In this document: piece by piece, positions 39,901 through 52,600 of the stretch | How the letters are laid out: each line of letters starts with the position of its first letter | Position numbering within the stretch: the first letter of the stretch is position 1 | Assembly (NCBI GenBank): GCA_030141605.1 | Contig: JAQGDQ010000003.1 | Coordinates: 248,001 to 312,000, forward strand | DNA length: 64,000 nucleotides | From: Tubiluchus corallicola | Taxonomy: Eukaryota > Animalia > Priapulida | Direction: 5' to 3' | The notes under the pieces: generated by a model | Databases searched by the model: none | Told to the model about the DNA's origin: nothing | What the model saw: only the letters and a program-made list of their open reading frames with translations | Position numbers and translations under genes: made by a program

Positions 39901-42161
39901 AAGGCCAACGATTAGAGTTACTGGAGCTAAAAATATACAAAAGATACTCAAAGGAGATGGGATTCTTGTTACTAGCCAATGGCCAAAGTCCATACGTGTT
40001 CTCTTGGGAGATGGCCTGACCTTTAGTGAAGGGGTGATCCACCAGAGACGTCGCAAAGCCGTGATGAAGGCATTCGATCACACCTCCCAAGCATTGTACA
40101 TAACCCGGGTACAGGAACTGGTCAAGAGCAGCGTCCAGAGGTGGACTGAAAGTGGCATCGTTCTTCTGCAAACAGAAGTGAAGGAAATGGTTCTGCGGAT
40201 TGCAGCCGATTGTCTTTTGGGCCTCGACATCAATGCCCCAGACGCAAAGGAATGGATGGAGGCTTATCAGACGGTCACAGATAATCTTTTCTGTCTGCCA
40301 ATAAGGATTCCAGGATTGGGATTTGATAAGGTAAGCAATGTACAAGGTTTTAAAATTCTTCAAGAGCGAAATATTTTTATACACATCAAAAAATAACAAA
40401 GTACTTAATATTTGTATTAATTAATTAATCAAGGTATTAATATTTGACAAAATAACCCATAACATACAGTAAACGATAATCGTGAAATTAAGATCATGGT
40501 AATAATTAACAATAAGCAATTGTTATTGTTTCTGTTTACTCCTCAGGGAAAATTTACTCTTCACTACACAATCACTGAACTTTTTTGGCTATAATAATTA
40601 TAGAGCACCAGCAGAATTATAATATCTATCCAAAACGCAAGTATCAATGTTATCTTTTAACAGGCACTCAAAGCAAGAGAAAGACTCTTTGCAAAAATGG
40701 ATGAACTCATCGAAAAAGAGCTTTTGGCTAGTTTGGACGAAGACACCAGCAGACCAACACGAGGAAGGGCATTCCACAGTTTAGTGAGGTCTATGTCGGA
40801 GACGAGTCCCGGAGAAGGCATTACCAAGACAGAACTGAAGTATGCAGTCTTCGAGATGCTCTATTTGGGTCTGATGGCAACATGCAGTGCATGTACAATG
40901 CTTGCACTGCAACTGTTCAACAACGAAAAAGCACTGCACAAACTGGAGAGTGAGATGCAAGAGAATGGCCTAATGGACACAGAAGAGGAGATTTCCATGC
41001 CTGTGCTAAGACGTCTGCATTACCTCAACAATACTATCAAAGAGTTACTAAGAATTTTGCCACCTATAGGAGGTGGCTATAGAAAAGCTCTGCAAACATT
41101 TGAAATAGCGGTTAGTATATACTATACTACTTCGATATTAATTTAATCACTAGCTGAAATACCTGGCTTCGTCGGGGCTGGTTTGGTATGACCTATCAAG
41201 TAGAAACAATGTGGGATTTTTGTGGGATCCCCCGCTATATGCACAAATTAATTGCTGCGGAGTGATTCTCTAGAAGAATAAACTACAAAAGAATAATACT
41301 TGCTTCATTAAATGGACACCTAGTGCGTTTATTGTAATACGGTACACAGACACGTAAAGCATTCATTGATGGGGTGCAAAATTCAATAATTACTTAGCGC
41401 TGGTGTTTTTTGTATTTATGTAAAACCCGACTTTAAATAAAGTTTGATTTGATTTGATTTGATATAGACGTAGGGTCGTTGCAGTGTACCAGCGGCGAAG
41501 TCTGAAAAAAATGACAATATATTATGCTGCTCATCGAGTCTCGCACCATAAGGGTGCATAAAGGCGGACAGATACATATACACAGATTTTCATCTTTATA
41601 TGTATAGATAATATGTTACAAACAAAATACTTTATAAACGACATGTGGTCACCAAAATGAAAAGTAATGCTAGCTACTTAATCAATACAATCATACTTTA
41701 CACCGTTTGTAAGACTCTTGGAGATAGAGAATTCGTTTTTGATTTTTAATGATGATTTTATAAAGCAATAATCATTTTCTTTGTAGGGTTACCAGATTCC
41801 AAAGGACTGGACAGTCATCTATGCGATAAGTGATACGCATCAGACGCAAGAATTGTCTCCATCGGCAGAGACATTCTATCCAGACAGATGGGACCATTTG
41901 GAGACCGCCAAGGGCCTCAACAAATCTAGCTGCACCTACACGCCTTTTGGTTTCGGTGCTCGAAGCTGCATTGGTTGCGAGTTTGCCCAGGTGGTAATGA
42001 AGGTCTTCATTGTAGAGCTGCTCAGAGGATGCATTTACACCATCCACAATCCTCATACAAAACTACGTCTAATACCCACACCATCAACAAAAGATGGAAT
42101 GCCAACAACCTTGCGCCACAGACGAGATGCAAACAATAACAAGTCACGATCTTGTGGGTAG
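36801..42161 (+). CDS. CYP26: Cytochrome P450 family 26 (retinoic acid hydroxylase-like), 4 exons, 499 aa
   Basis: Exons 36801-36983, 39836-40330, 40664-41110, 41787-42161, all GT-AG phase 0 and open. Motifs: N-terminal anchor, LPLPPGTVGLPYIGET, KYGSVFKTHILGRPTIRV and QWPKSIRVLLG (CYP26 signature), KELLR (ExxR), PPIGGGYRKALQTFE, FYPDRW, FGFGARSCIG (heme Cys). Confidence 0.92.
38116..38236 (+). repeat. (TATG)n microsatellite in CYP26 intron 1
   Basis: Directly visible. Confidence 0.95.
39836..40330 (+). CDS. CYP26: CYP26 exon 2
   Basis: Acceptor ttttctag; GADFYRSRRRKYGSVFKTHILGRP...IPGLGFDK; donor GTAAGC. Confidence 0.92.
40664..41110 (+). CDS. CYP26: CYP26 exon 3
   Basis: Acceptor ttttaacag; ALKARERL...KELLRILPPIGGGYRKALQTFEIA; donor GTTAGT. 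Confidence 0.92.
41150..41608 (-). mobile_element. Non-autonomous Helitron in CYP26 intron 3
   Basis: The minus strand starts a|TCTATACATATAAAG and ends with a GC-rich hairpin (ccccgacgaagccagg) about 10 nt before CTAG|t, inserted between A and T with no target duplication. Confidence 0.75.
41787..42161 (+). CDS. CYP26: CYP26 exon 4
   Basis: Acceptor ttctttgtag; GYQIPKDWTVIYAISDTH...FYPDRW...PFGFGARSCIG...stop TAG. Confidence 0.92.
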   Translation, partial: GYQIPKDWTVIYAISDTHQTQELSPSAETFYPDRWDHLETAKGLNKSSCTYTPFGFGARSCIGCEFAQVVMKVFIVELLRGCIYTIHNPHTKLRLIPTPSTKDGMPTTLRHRRDANNNKSRSCG

Positions 42162-43350
42162 CTAACTATGGCCTGAGTTTGTTTATGATAGACAATGCAA
42201 ACAACCGAAGTGATTTAATCCATTTCAGTAATTTTTAATTGTGTTTCATGTTTTCAAGGTGGACCCCAGAATCCTATAAATCATAATAGGCATACTATTA
42301 GTCATGTGCAGAGTTAGGGCTAAGTTATGCAATACTAAGGCTGCAATGTGAAATCATTACGGTCACCGCCAATACTAGTTTACTTGGAATAATATAAAAT
42401 AAGATCCAATTTTAGACCTAAAGCAAATACATTGCTGGATGCCATATTTCCATAACAATACGAAATTTGCGAACTAATTAGAACCTATACATTTATTCTA
42501 AGCTTGAATTCAAGCGTGAAAGCCATGCAAAATTGTTAGAAATTTTTAGGTGATTCAAGCATATGCTATTAATTCTGGCCATTTTGTGTAAGTTTTGTTC
42601 TGTAAAGTGCAAATCCTGTGTTAAAATTGTCATCGTCTTATTCACTTTAATTTTGTGTATTGCACACCATAATTGTAATGATAGTGTTACTATTAGGCCT
42701 ACACGTCTACCTATATATTGTGATGATGGTGTTACCAATAAGCCTCTACGTCTATCTACACATTGTTTATGTGCAGTTCACTGCCACTACGTTACGAATA
42801 TTTTGAGAAATACGCTAAGATTTATTAATCATTCTGTTATTTATTGTATAATTTTTGATGTCCAGAATATTAGTCGGAACATTCTTGGCTAAAGCCACTA
42901 TGAGTTAGAATACCTAGTCTATTGCTTCAGCCTAAGTTCTGTACCAGCTATTTTAACTATATTAGTATTTTGAAAGTTAACTTATTGATTGAGTAGTTTT
43001 TTGTTAGCTAATAGTAAATGTATAAAACTATGATTTTTTATAAGTGAAAATATAGGGTGAGCTAAGAGCAAAAAATTGTAACAAAGTGACACAGTCACCA
43101 TGGCTCTCCATCAGTCGTAAATAGAAAAACTGCGACATAATCATTTTTTAAAAAATAAATGATTAGCGAAAGATACGCGCAAATGTGTGTCACATTTTCT
43201 TAGTAATCTTGTAAATATCAAGCCCAATTTCCTTTACTATTTCAAAAAGCAAAAATCTGTAATAAAATTATTTTGCTATTAAAAAATTTATTATTATTAT
43301 TATTATTATTATGTCTTTTTAATCATATAATATATACAACACGTTGTGCG

Positions 43351-43538
43351 AACAATGTGACAAATGTTAGCACAATGTAACAAATATTTGCACAATGTAA
43401 CAAATGTCTGCACAATGTAACAAATGTTTGCACAATGCAACAAATGTTTGCACAATGTAACAAATGTTTGCACAATGTAACAAATATTTGCACAGTGTAA
43501 CAAATGTTCCCACAATGTAACAAATGTTTGCACAATGT
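43351..43538 (+). repeat. 20-bp minisatellite CACAATGTAACAAATGTTTG, about 9 units
   Basis: Head-to-tail units with scattered substitutions and no spacers. Confidence 0.92.
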
Positions 43539-46500
43539 GCAAGTTATCCTAGTGTAAAGTTCAAATTGATAAAATTTTACAACTTGTGTAAACACTACAA
43601 TGTAGCAATGTATACATATATAAAACCAAAAATTTAAGCTTTTGTCATTAAATTTCAACTGACTGCATATCAGTCTGAAAAAATAAACCATAAAGAGAAG
43701 TGTAAAAAGCAATTTGTGCAAATGTTTGCTAATGACAAAAATAATCAGAATGAACGGATTTATGTGAAACTATAAATAACTAAAATAATCAGAAGGTAAA
43801 AAAGACTGCAACTCTAAAAATTACAATAAACAGTAAAAAAAATATAATTTTCATCACGCATACCATTTTACTGACTTTATAAGTTGTTACTAGTCCTACA
43901 CAATACAAAACTAACCTAGTCCTACTTTTCTGCTGTATTCAATATTTCACATGGGAAATGCAAATCATTACCTTATTTTAATTTAATGGAAAAATAAAAT
44001 TTCGATTAATTAGGAATTTCTGCACATGAATAAAATTGAAAAGACTGTTATCTGCCACAAAACAGTACAAGTGCTGCATTTTCACAGCATATAGTGATAC
44101 AAGTGCATTTCAGAACAAAACCAACAGATCCTGCATTTTTATACACAAACATCATAAATAAAATTTAATTCCTATAAAACCTATATCATAGTGCATAAGC
44201 ACTGGTGAATTAAAAAAACGTTTGATTCATATCAGGTAAACTAATGCTTCAGCACAATAAACTTGCCAGTCACGTATGAATCTGATACTACTAGTTGTGC
44301 AAAATGCTTTTTCTGGTAACATGTGAGCAATGCATTTTAAGAATGAGAAAGAACTATGAACATAGCCAAATGTCACAATAGATGTTTCCAGATGTTTGCG
44401 CGAAAAATGCTGTGCTGTTCTGTTAAATGACACTGCAAATCATTACTGTAAAATACTTACATGTGTTCTACCACACTCTTGTTACCATAAGCAACTGTTA
44501 AGCTTTTCAGAATATAAGATGCAGTCAATGACTAGGCTCAGTGACTTTGATCCCGTTAACTTATCTTTCTAATCCTACTTCTTAGCGCTACAATTTTGAT
44601 TCTCTCATTGAACAGTTAAAGTAATACAAATTTAATTTACAAAAAAAAACACAAAAAAGGATAATCACCAGTACTCTCTTCTTCGCGTAAATTCACACGA
44701 TACTTGTAGTAACAACAACAACACATCATATGGTAGTTTTAAAGTAACACGCTTTAAAAGAGCACTAAATATTTACAAACTATGAAAATCTAAGATGTAA
44801 AACGGTAAATGAGCACATAGCAACAAAGAACAAAGAAGAATCTTAACAAAATATAAAGTCATGATTGAATATAATCTTAAAAATTTTTGATTTCTAACTA
44901 TGATATGAATGATGCATTGTAATGATATGATGATAATATTTATTTTCTGCTAATCTACCTTTTCGCATATTTAGACTTCATACATGCTAATCTAATCATG
45001 TAGTCGAACTAATATTAAAACTGAAGTCTACACAATGTGAAAGGCATGCATATAGTAAATGTGTACATACCATATATAGTAACATTTTAAAGCATAAATT
45101 AGTACTCTAAAATTAAGTTTACATTCCCAATTTTCTTTCAAATAATGAAAACTGTTTGACACAAAAGCCATTTGACATTTCACAGTCTAAAAATAGTGTT
45201 ACATAATTGTAACAAGACAGCTGTAAAACCAAATAAGGCAGGTATGTTAAAAATAAAATTTACAAGCACAAGCAACAAATGTATCTATATTTTTTGTCTT
45301 CGGGTTTTTAGATAAATCATTGAAACCGTGAATGTGAAATGTGCCAATAACAATATAAGGTAACAGGCAAAGGTCCATTATTAAAAATGACAATTTCACT
45401 CTCCTGACACTGGTATGTTAAGGTTAAAAGCATTTGACCAGCTAACTGTTTAGGTAGTAGTTCTTATGTAAATTCATTGCTAGAATGCATGACAAAATTA
45501 TTTGGTTAGTATTCTTTGTAAGAGAATTAAAAATATACAAATTTAAATAGAGGGAGATAGAAAGTATAAAAAATATAGAAGAAACATTTACATTTTGTAT
45601 AAAGATGCTGAGAAATGATGCATATTTCTAGCAATTTGTTTGTTTTCAACTGTTTTTTTGCTTACTCAACATTCCAAGTCGAAAATAGGAACCGCATTTG
45701 AACAATAATGTGCAAGCAAGATCTTGCAACAAGTGTGCATGTCAAGTGGTATATTGCTTATAGACCAATTCTGTTGGATTAAAATTAAATAAATCTTTAC
45801 AAAGAGCTTCGAAATTGTGCATGTTAAAAGGTGGAATCATAAATTATGTAAACTATAGCAAGCCTCTTGAATAAAATGAGGTAGTTCTAATATAATGTTG
45901 ATGCAAAACTACATGAGCCTATTACAAAAAACATTATTGATTATGTATCAGTAGCTAAATCAATCAATTAAAAATTAGATTGTTCCATTAAATAACAAAT
46001 TTCTAGCAGTACATACTTAATAAAAATACTACAATTTCAAGCTAAAGCTATGATTTACAAAAAATATTGCACATTTGCTATGTTATGGAAATAAGCTACA
46101 CAACTTATGCTTGGAAGGTAACTAAAATTTACAAAACTTGTTGCATGTCTCTGATTCAGTATATCTTAGATGACAAATTTTACATATTATTTTCAAGCTG
46201 GCATTCTTTCCCTCAAGCATAAATTGTGGCACTATAAATATCACAAGAACATGTTGAACAAATTCACTTAACTAAAGTCTCTATGTAAAATTTTAGCAAT
46301 GAGGGTGAGAAATAAAAAGATAGCCAAATGATTATCAATGCTGATGAGGTTATTTAAACAAAATCTGTGGGTATCTGTTTGGAAGCACACACTGAAAAGT
46401 CTTAATAACTGATGAATTGATATGTACTGTCTAAACACAATTAAGAAACAATTCTCTTGCCTTATTATGCGCACCTTTGTGATAAACTTTTACCTTATTC

Positions 46501-46543
46501 AAATTTGCATGATTACAAGCTCTCAGCAATGAAGAGTATATTT

Positions 46544-46675
46544 CTACAATGGTGTTCCATTATCTCGTTTCTTCTCGTCATTCGGAGGCAGTGAGGGTGG
46601 CGGCCGATGTGGCTTCTTTGGAGGCGTGGGAGGCAGCTGATCATCGGAATCACCTTCAGGAAGTGGCGGAGGAGG
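46544..46675 (-). CDS. DOCK1: DOCK terminal coding exon
   Basis: cttgcag|[43 protein letters not shown]. Confidence 0.8.
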   Translation of the reverse strand, partial: PPPPLPEGDSDDQLPPTPPKKPHRPPPSLPPNDEKKRDNGTPL

Positions 46676-49600
46676 CTGCAAGCATCAAAATCTATTTTTA
46701 GATCCTGATCAGCTGATTTGTTCCATTGCAACAAAAGGAACAGGTTTACATTACACACAGGAGCATATTAAATATACACGTTCATAAAACATTATTGCAG
46801 TAAATTCATACTCAGTTTTCTTAATAAACTTTAGTACAGGGTCTGGCACCAACAAAAACCTGTTGTTAGAAGAACAGAATGAGTTTTTACCAAACTCAAT
46901 AAACAGAGCCATAAAGATGAGTCAATGCTTTTAGACAAATCATACGGCAATTGAATACATAACAGCTATACATGTGCCTATCATGTGGGCTAACATGTGC
47001 TCAATAATTGTTATGCAAACACCGAATGGACATTGATTCAGTTGATAAGTCATACGGAAGTGAGTAAGAGAGGATGCAAACAATCCAGCACATTTAAGAT
47101 TCATTATGCATTGATCATATGTTTTTAAAGAGGTTTGATAAAACAGTTTTAAGTGCCACAACACCCTAGTGTTTTTGGTAGTCTGCCCTGCTTATTTTAA
47201 CGTAATGTTTTGAGCAGCTCATAAGTACACAAAATTTTGCTTCAGTTACAATGGCTTCTCTAAAACTTAATAAACAGTAATTATGTTGACTTTTCTGGCA
47301 CCAAAATTTAGACTGTAAAGTCACTTAGTCCACAAAAACAGCATTACATAAAAAAACAAAAGCAGCAGTACTTAAAAGACTATCAATATTGTGCACCACA
47401 GATTTTAAAATTTCTAGAAACTAGGTTATGGAACAAAAATGAGTTAATTAATCAAGCGATTTATCCAAGTAAGAGCCCTCAATCTAAGTGCGAAAGAATC
47501 AGGCCTGTATTAGTAAAATTAACTGTACCACTTGGTACCTCTCATCTCTCGGTGTTTATGAGGGAGGTTTCTGGATACAACTACAATGTACATATAAAAT
47601 CTACTAAAATAGTATTGCACCATGTTATGGAAGCATTTCCTAACAGCTTGTGGAACACGTGGAATTATTAACATGACATAACTTGCAAATGCAATGTAAT
47701 ACAGAGTCACTATCTTCTACTGCAAGAAACAGTGTTAACTGAAGATGAAAAAACCACGCATAAATACAATACTTTTTTGTGATTTAGATGCAAGGGAACA
47801 CGCTTTTTTGCTCAAATAATTACATATGTGAAATCAGAAGATCCAGAAAATTATGAAAATGCTTGACAGAATTTCTGAGGGACTCCAGTTCTGCTACAGA
47901 ATACATCAACGAGCAGTTGAAAAATGTCGTTATCTTGCATGAAATTCTTTCTCAACTCTTTCTTTGTTTTGACTATGTCCAGCTGTCTAAAAGTACTACT
48001 TCAGAATTGCTATGCCATGTTCAGGTATTATACACCTGCCTTCAGCAATATAAATAGCCAGAAGCAGTGTGGCAGATGAAGCATTCGGAAGCTATTTTTC
48101 TGGTCACCCACTCATTTAGAAAATCAACTCTAGCACTTTAATCACACTAATCCTCTTTTTAATGTGACAATAACATCAACCCAAATGCTTAGAGGTTATG
48201 TAGAAGCTAAAAAAATCTATGGCCAACTAGTTAAGCTTGTAATCAGAGTCACTACGTATGGTAAACTGAGCAGATGTAATGTGTTTCTACACTTCGCAAA
48301 TATCTGAATGGATTCTTATTAAAGCTGCATGACCCCGCCTTAGTATTTAAAAAAATTATACATCCTAATTATTTATGCTGAAAATCGTTACCTTGTCTCT
48401 TCCTCTGTGAGGACTGAGAAGCTTTGGTCCCAGGTAAGCACCAGCAGAAGCATCGAGGATGTTAGAATAATCAGACTGAGACTGCTTCTGTGGTAAAGGT
48501 GGTGGTTCCTCTGAATATTCTCCTGACGATGGTGTAGAACCCAAAGAACCTGAAATATACAATTTTAATTAGTCTAGCCACTTAGAATAAAATAAAATGT
48601 AGTTATAAGCGCATAATGTCATTAAGATGCCATATATTGTTCAACTGTCAATGGGATGGGTGCAGTTTTCTGCATAGTATTTGCCGAAATGCTGTAAAAC
48701 TGGTGAATTTAAGTATACTGCTTACGTATATCTCACTCTCAAAGTTGATTTTGCATGCAGAGTATGTCTCTAGCTTTGTGCAAATCAAGCTATAATTTTT
48801 TATACTAAAGTACCTCACCATTGATTCATAGCATTACAATCCCATCTATCTAGCTTTAAACCGGTGCACGTAAATTTGCTGTGAACAAAAATTTGTAGTT
48901 CTATGATAGGTCAAGTTGTTCAATGTTGTTACAGGAGATAATATTTGAAATGCTACTTTGTATTAATAATAGAGGATAAGTCATTATCTTAAAAAGTAAA
49001 GATGTCTTTTAGAATATTTTAATGATAAATTTTGCTAATATCTTCACAAAACACTTGCTGATCATTTTTACCCGTGGATGAAGTGGAAGCTTGAGAAAGC
49101 CTGGCTAGCTGTTTGAGTTGCGAAGTGAGATGAGTGCTCTGCCGACTCTGTGAAGAATCTGGGCGTAGTGGACGTTTCGGCTTCAGCTATAATATGCAAA
49201 CATCAAATTATGCTACAGCAAAAAGCATGAGCTGTAAATTTCTTAGAACAAATACACCAGACGGTGGATGATCATAACTTATGACAAGATATATTTATAG
49301 TAAAGAAAATAACTGCTGGCAGACTCATCGCTGTTGCTATGCTATACATGTCAGAAATGTTTTATTGCCATTTAAATATACAAGGCAAAAAGCAAACGGG
49401 ATAATTTATACCCTTTCTACAACACATTAGCATTTCAGATCTGCAAAATAAATTTCGTGATGTGCATTGCAAAATGATTAAACAGACAGCCAAATAAGAG
49501 AGTATTAAGCAATGGCACGGCAATGAATGAAATATTGTTTTGAATACAAATGTCTAAAATGAAGAATACTGACAGCTGTAAAATGGATTAAAATTGTTCT

Positions 49601-52600
49601 GAAAATCTTTTTTATGGTCTCTACAAAAAAGTTAAATTACAATTATTCGTGCAAAATGCTGTACAATCTGATCAAAATCAACTTCGTACGAGGCATACTA
49701 TGTTATGCTTGAGATTGCTAGAAAATGAAAAGTTGAAAACCACATCTCCAGGTTTTATTCCACTGGAACCTGGTTACATCATCATCATCATCCGCATACA
49801 AAAAAGCATCACAGAAAGAAATTATTGCCAAATGCCATACAGTCAAATAAACAAAGAATTTGCTACACAATTTAGAAGACGTAGAAAGACTACCAGCAGA
49901 TGATGGAAGGTTCACTCAGTACCATAGCAGGTTAAGCAGTATAAGACCGAAAGTTTGAAACATTGAAAATCTTAAAATTTATAGATATTACTATTATTTC
50001 TCTAACAAAAATTTAGTATTTACAACTTGTGTTTGCTATTTTGTATGAAATTTCTGGGTTTCATATTGGGCACGCTACAGTTTTTTAATATCAATTACAC
50101 ACAATTAAGTGCAAGTTACTAATAGCCATCATAAAAGCACTTACCTCTTCAGATAGTTCAATGACTCGTTCAGGTGTAGTTGAAGTCGACTTTGCTTCAG
50201 CTTTGCTCTGACTATCACCAGCATTCATGTCAATTGCGTACCATTCACTCTGCGAGTTTGAAAGCTTCAAAGACAGAAAATTAAATTTAAAGATGTGGAC
50301 AGAGAATATTAGGTATGACTACAAGGTCGCACATTTATCATTACAGTATTTATTGTTCCTAAAATTCTTAAAATAGCGTGAACTCGATTCTCAAAAACAA
50401 AAACCAATTTTAGAGAGTGATTCGATTCAATCATGCATTGAAGTAAGTAAAAATTTTAATTCTGTTATAGAGAAACTTCACTGCTTCAACAAACCAATAA
50501 ATCTAGCTTAATTTAGGTGTACTTTGAAACGGGCATGTTTCTCAAGTAGAAATCAAGTCTGCCAATGTGATGTTTCAGCACCTTAACTGTCCAAAGGCAA
50601 GTTTCATCAGCTCTGGTTAATTACCATAATCGATTAATTTTTTAGTTGCTCAGTTTTTAGCAAGCTAAAAAGAGCTTTCTAGCGCTTTCGTATTTAATTT
50701 TGAGTCTAGGATTGATCTAGTTCACATAAATACAGATAAAGAACTCACAGTGGTTTGAATAAGTTCTACTATGACATTGTAGAATGTGCTGGAACACTGC
50801 TGAGCAAAGAGTAGGACAACTTGAACATTCCATCAATCTGAACAACTCCAAAATTATTGGATTTCAATAATATATACTATACATAATAATATAATGTAAA
50901 CTTATTAAAATAAAAAATTTTGAGGTTCGCTAACTAAAGAATTGAACCCAGGGTGTTTTCCATGAGAGTGCTTATTAGGAATTAACTATTTATAAGCAAA
51001 GGCACTGCTTGCATCAATCCGTGAATACTCACTTAGCTTTTATTTCCAGAAGTCTAGGCACATATGGATCATATTTTGCCCAGGGCAACAGATTTGAAGA
51101 CAGATTATTTTTAGCTACACTTCTTTTTACACACATAATTTTTTTTGGCAGAAGCACCGAAATGAATACTAAGAGAATTTTTTTGTTGCTAATACATAAA
51201 CAAAAATTTCAATAAGTGGTTATGTTTCACTTAAGAACATGAGACGCAGAGGAGCAAATGAAATACAATATTTCATTAATTTTATTACCCAGCTACACAA
51301 TCAACTAATTATTTGATTAACATTCATTTTACTTTCATCAACTGTTTACTCTTCATTAAGAGAATAACAAGGCTGTCTCATCAATAATATTTGGTTTGAT
51401 TTATACTGGTGTTTTTCTTGTTTTTTTTACAATGTGCAAAACATCTTTTTGTTTTTACAAAGTGAAATACTATGGAGACTACCAGTGTCTATGTTGACTG
51501 AACACACATTCTTTCAATAAATGCGTACTTGTTATAAAAACATTTTTCAACCTGAATTGACATTTCTTATTTCTTGGTTAAACTAACACTTTGGCACAAC
51601 AAAAAACGGATCGGCTGAAATCATCAGCAATTCATTACACGGCACGAGTGTTACAAACAAGTATGTTATGTACTTTAGCACTTGAATCAGCAGCATGCTC
51701 TATCATCTGACATAATGTAATGATCAAAACAACCGGAATTTGAACAATCTTAGTTGATATTTATCTAACCATTTGCATTTAACATGTCTGGTGTTTTCTA
51801 GCATATTTTTATAGATCGTCATGCAAATACAAGTTTATAAAATAAAAGGATGTCTCGCGAGCAAATGAACTCTTGCAGCCTCGGGACATGATTTTACGCT
51901 TACCTGGGAAGAACGACGCTGTGTCACTATGTTTCCTAAGCTCTCTCTAGGACGTTTGCCCACGGAAATAGTAGCACTTTCCCGAGCCTTCTTATTTGGT
52001 GACTTGCCAGTGGGAGTTCCCTTTCCTGTTTTGTCCCCCTTCACGAATACGGTTGGCGAGAGAAGATTTGATGTAGCTTTATTAGGTGTAAGTGAACCCC
52101 TACATGAGAGAAAACAAATCACAAATGGTTACGAAAATAAATTTGGTAAAATAGAGCTAAGCAAAACAGCTAAATGTAAGCAGAGTATATGAAAGCATCC
52201 ATACGCCACAATTGGTTGACACAAAAATTTAAAGTTAAAATAATGAGTACCTTTCTACCAAAATTAGAGTGTACTAAAAGGTAATCAAACACTAACAGTA
52301 CAATAACTACATAAACAACTCAACACAAAGCTTAAACATAGAAAACCCATTGCTATTGTTATTATGTAAGTACCTTGAATTCTTCTTCCCTGAACCACTA
52401 AGACTGCAGAGAAAAGAAAATAACAACATTATCAGGAAGCTCAGCAAAACGAAAATAAAGAAAACAGTACTACAAAGCTACAAAGATGTATGTATGTTAT
52501 GAAGAAGTGCGTGGGAACACAAAATTTTACATACAGTTCGATAAGAAGAATTCAACTAGCAGTGCAAAAAACTGTAATTTAAAGACATCAAAGATGTATT

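Noticed and set aside
39847-42056. Minus-strand ORFs overlapping CYP26 exons
   Set aside because: Antisense shadows of real coding exons with no recognisable motifs.
43351-43538. 20-bp repeat array as a CRISPR
   Set aside because: Units are contiguous with no unique spacers, there are no cas genes and the context is eukaryotic; it is a minisatellite.
50749-50837. Possible extra (poison) DOCK exon bounded by AG and GTGAG
   Set aside because: Weak pyrimidine tract, 89 nt with an in-frame stop, and the flanking exons already join in frame; unsupported without RNA data.
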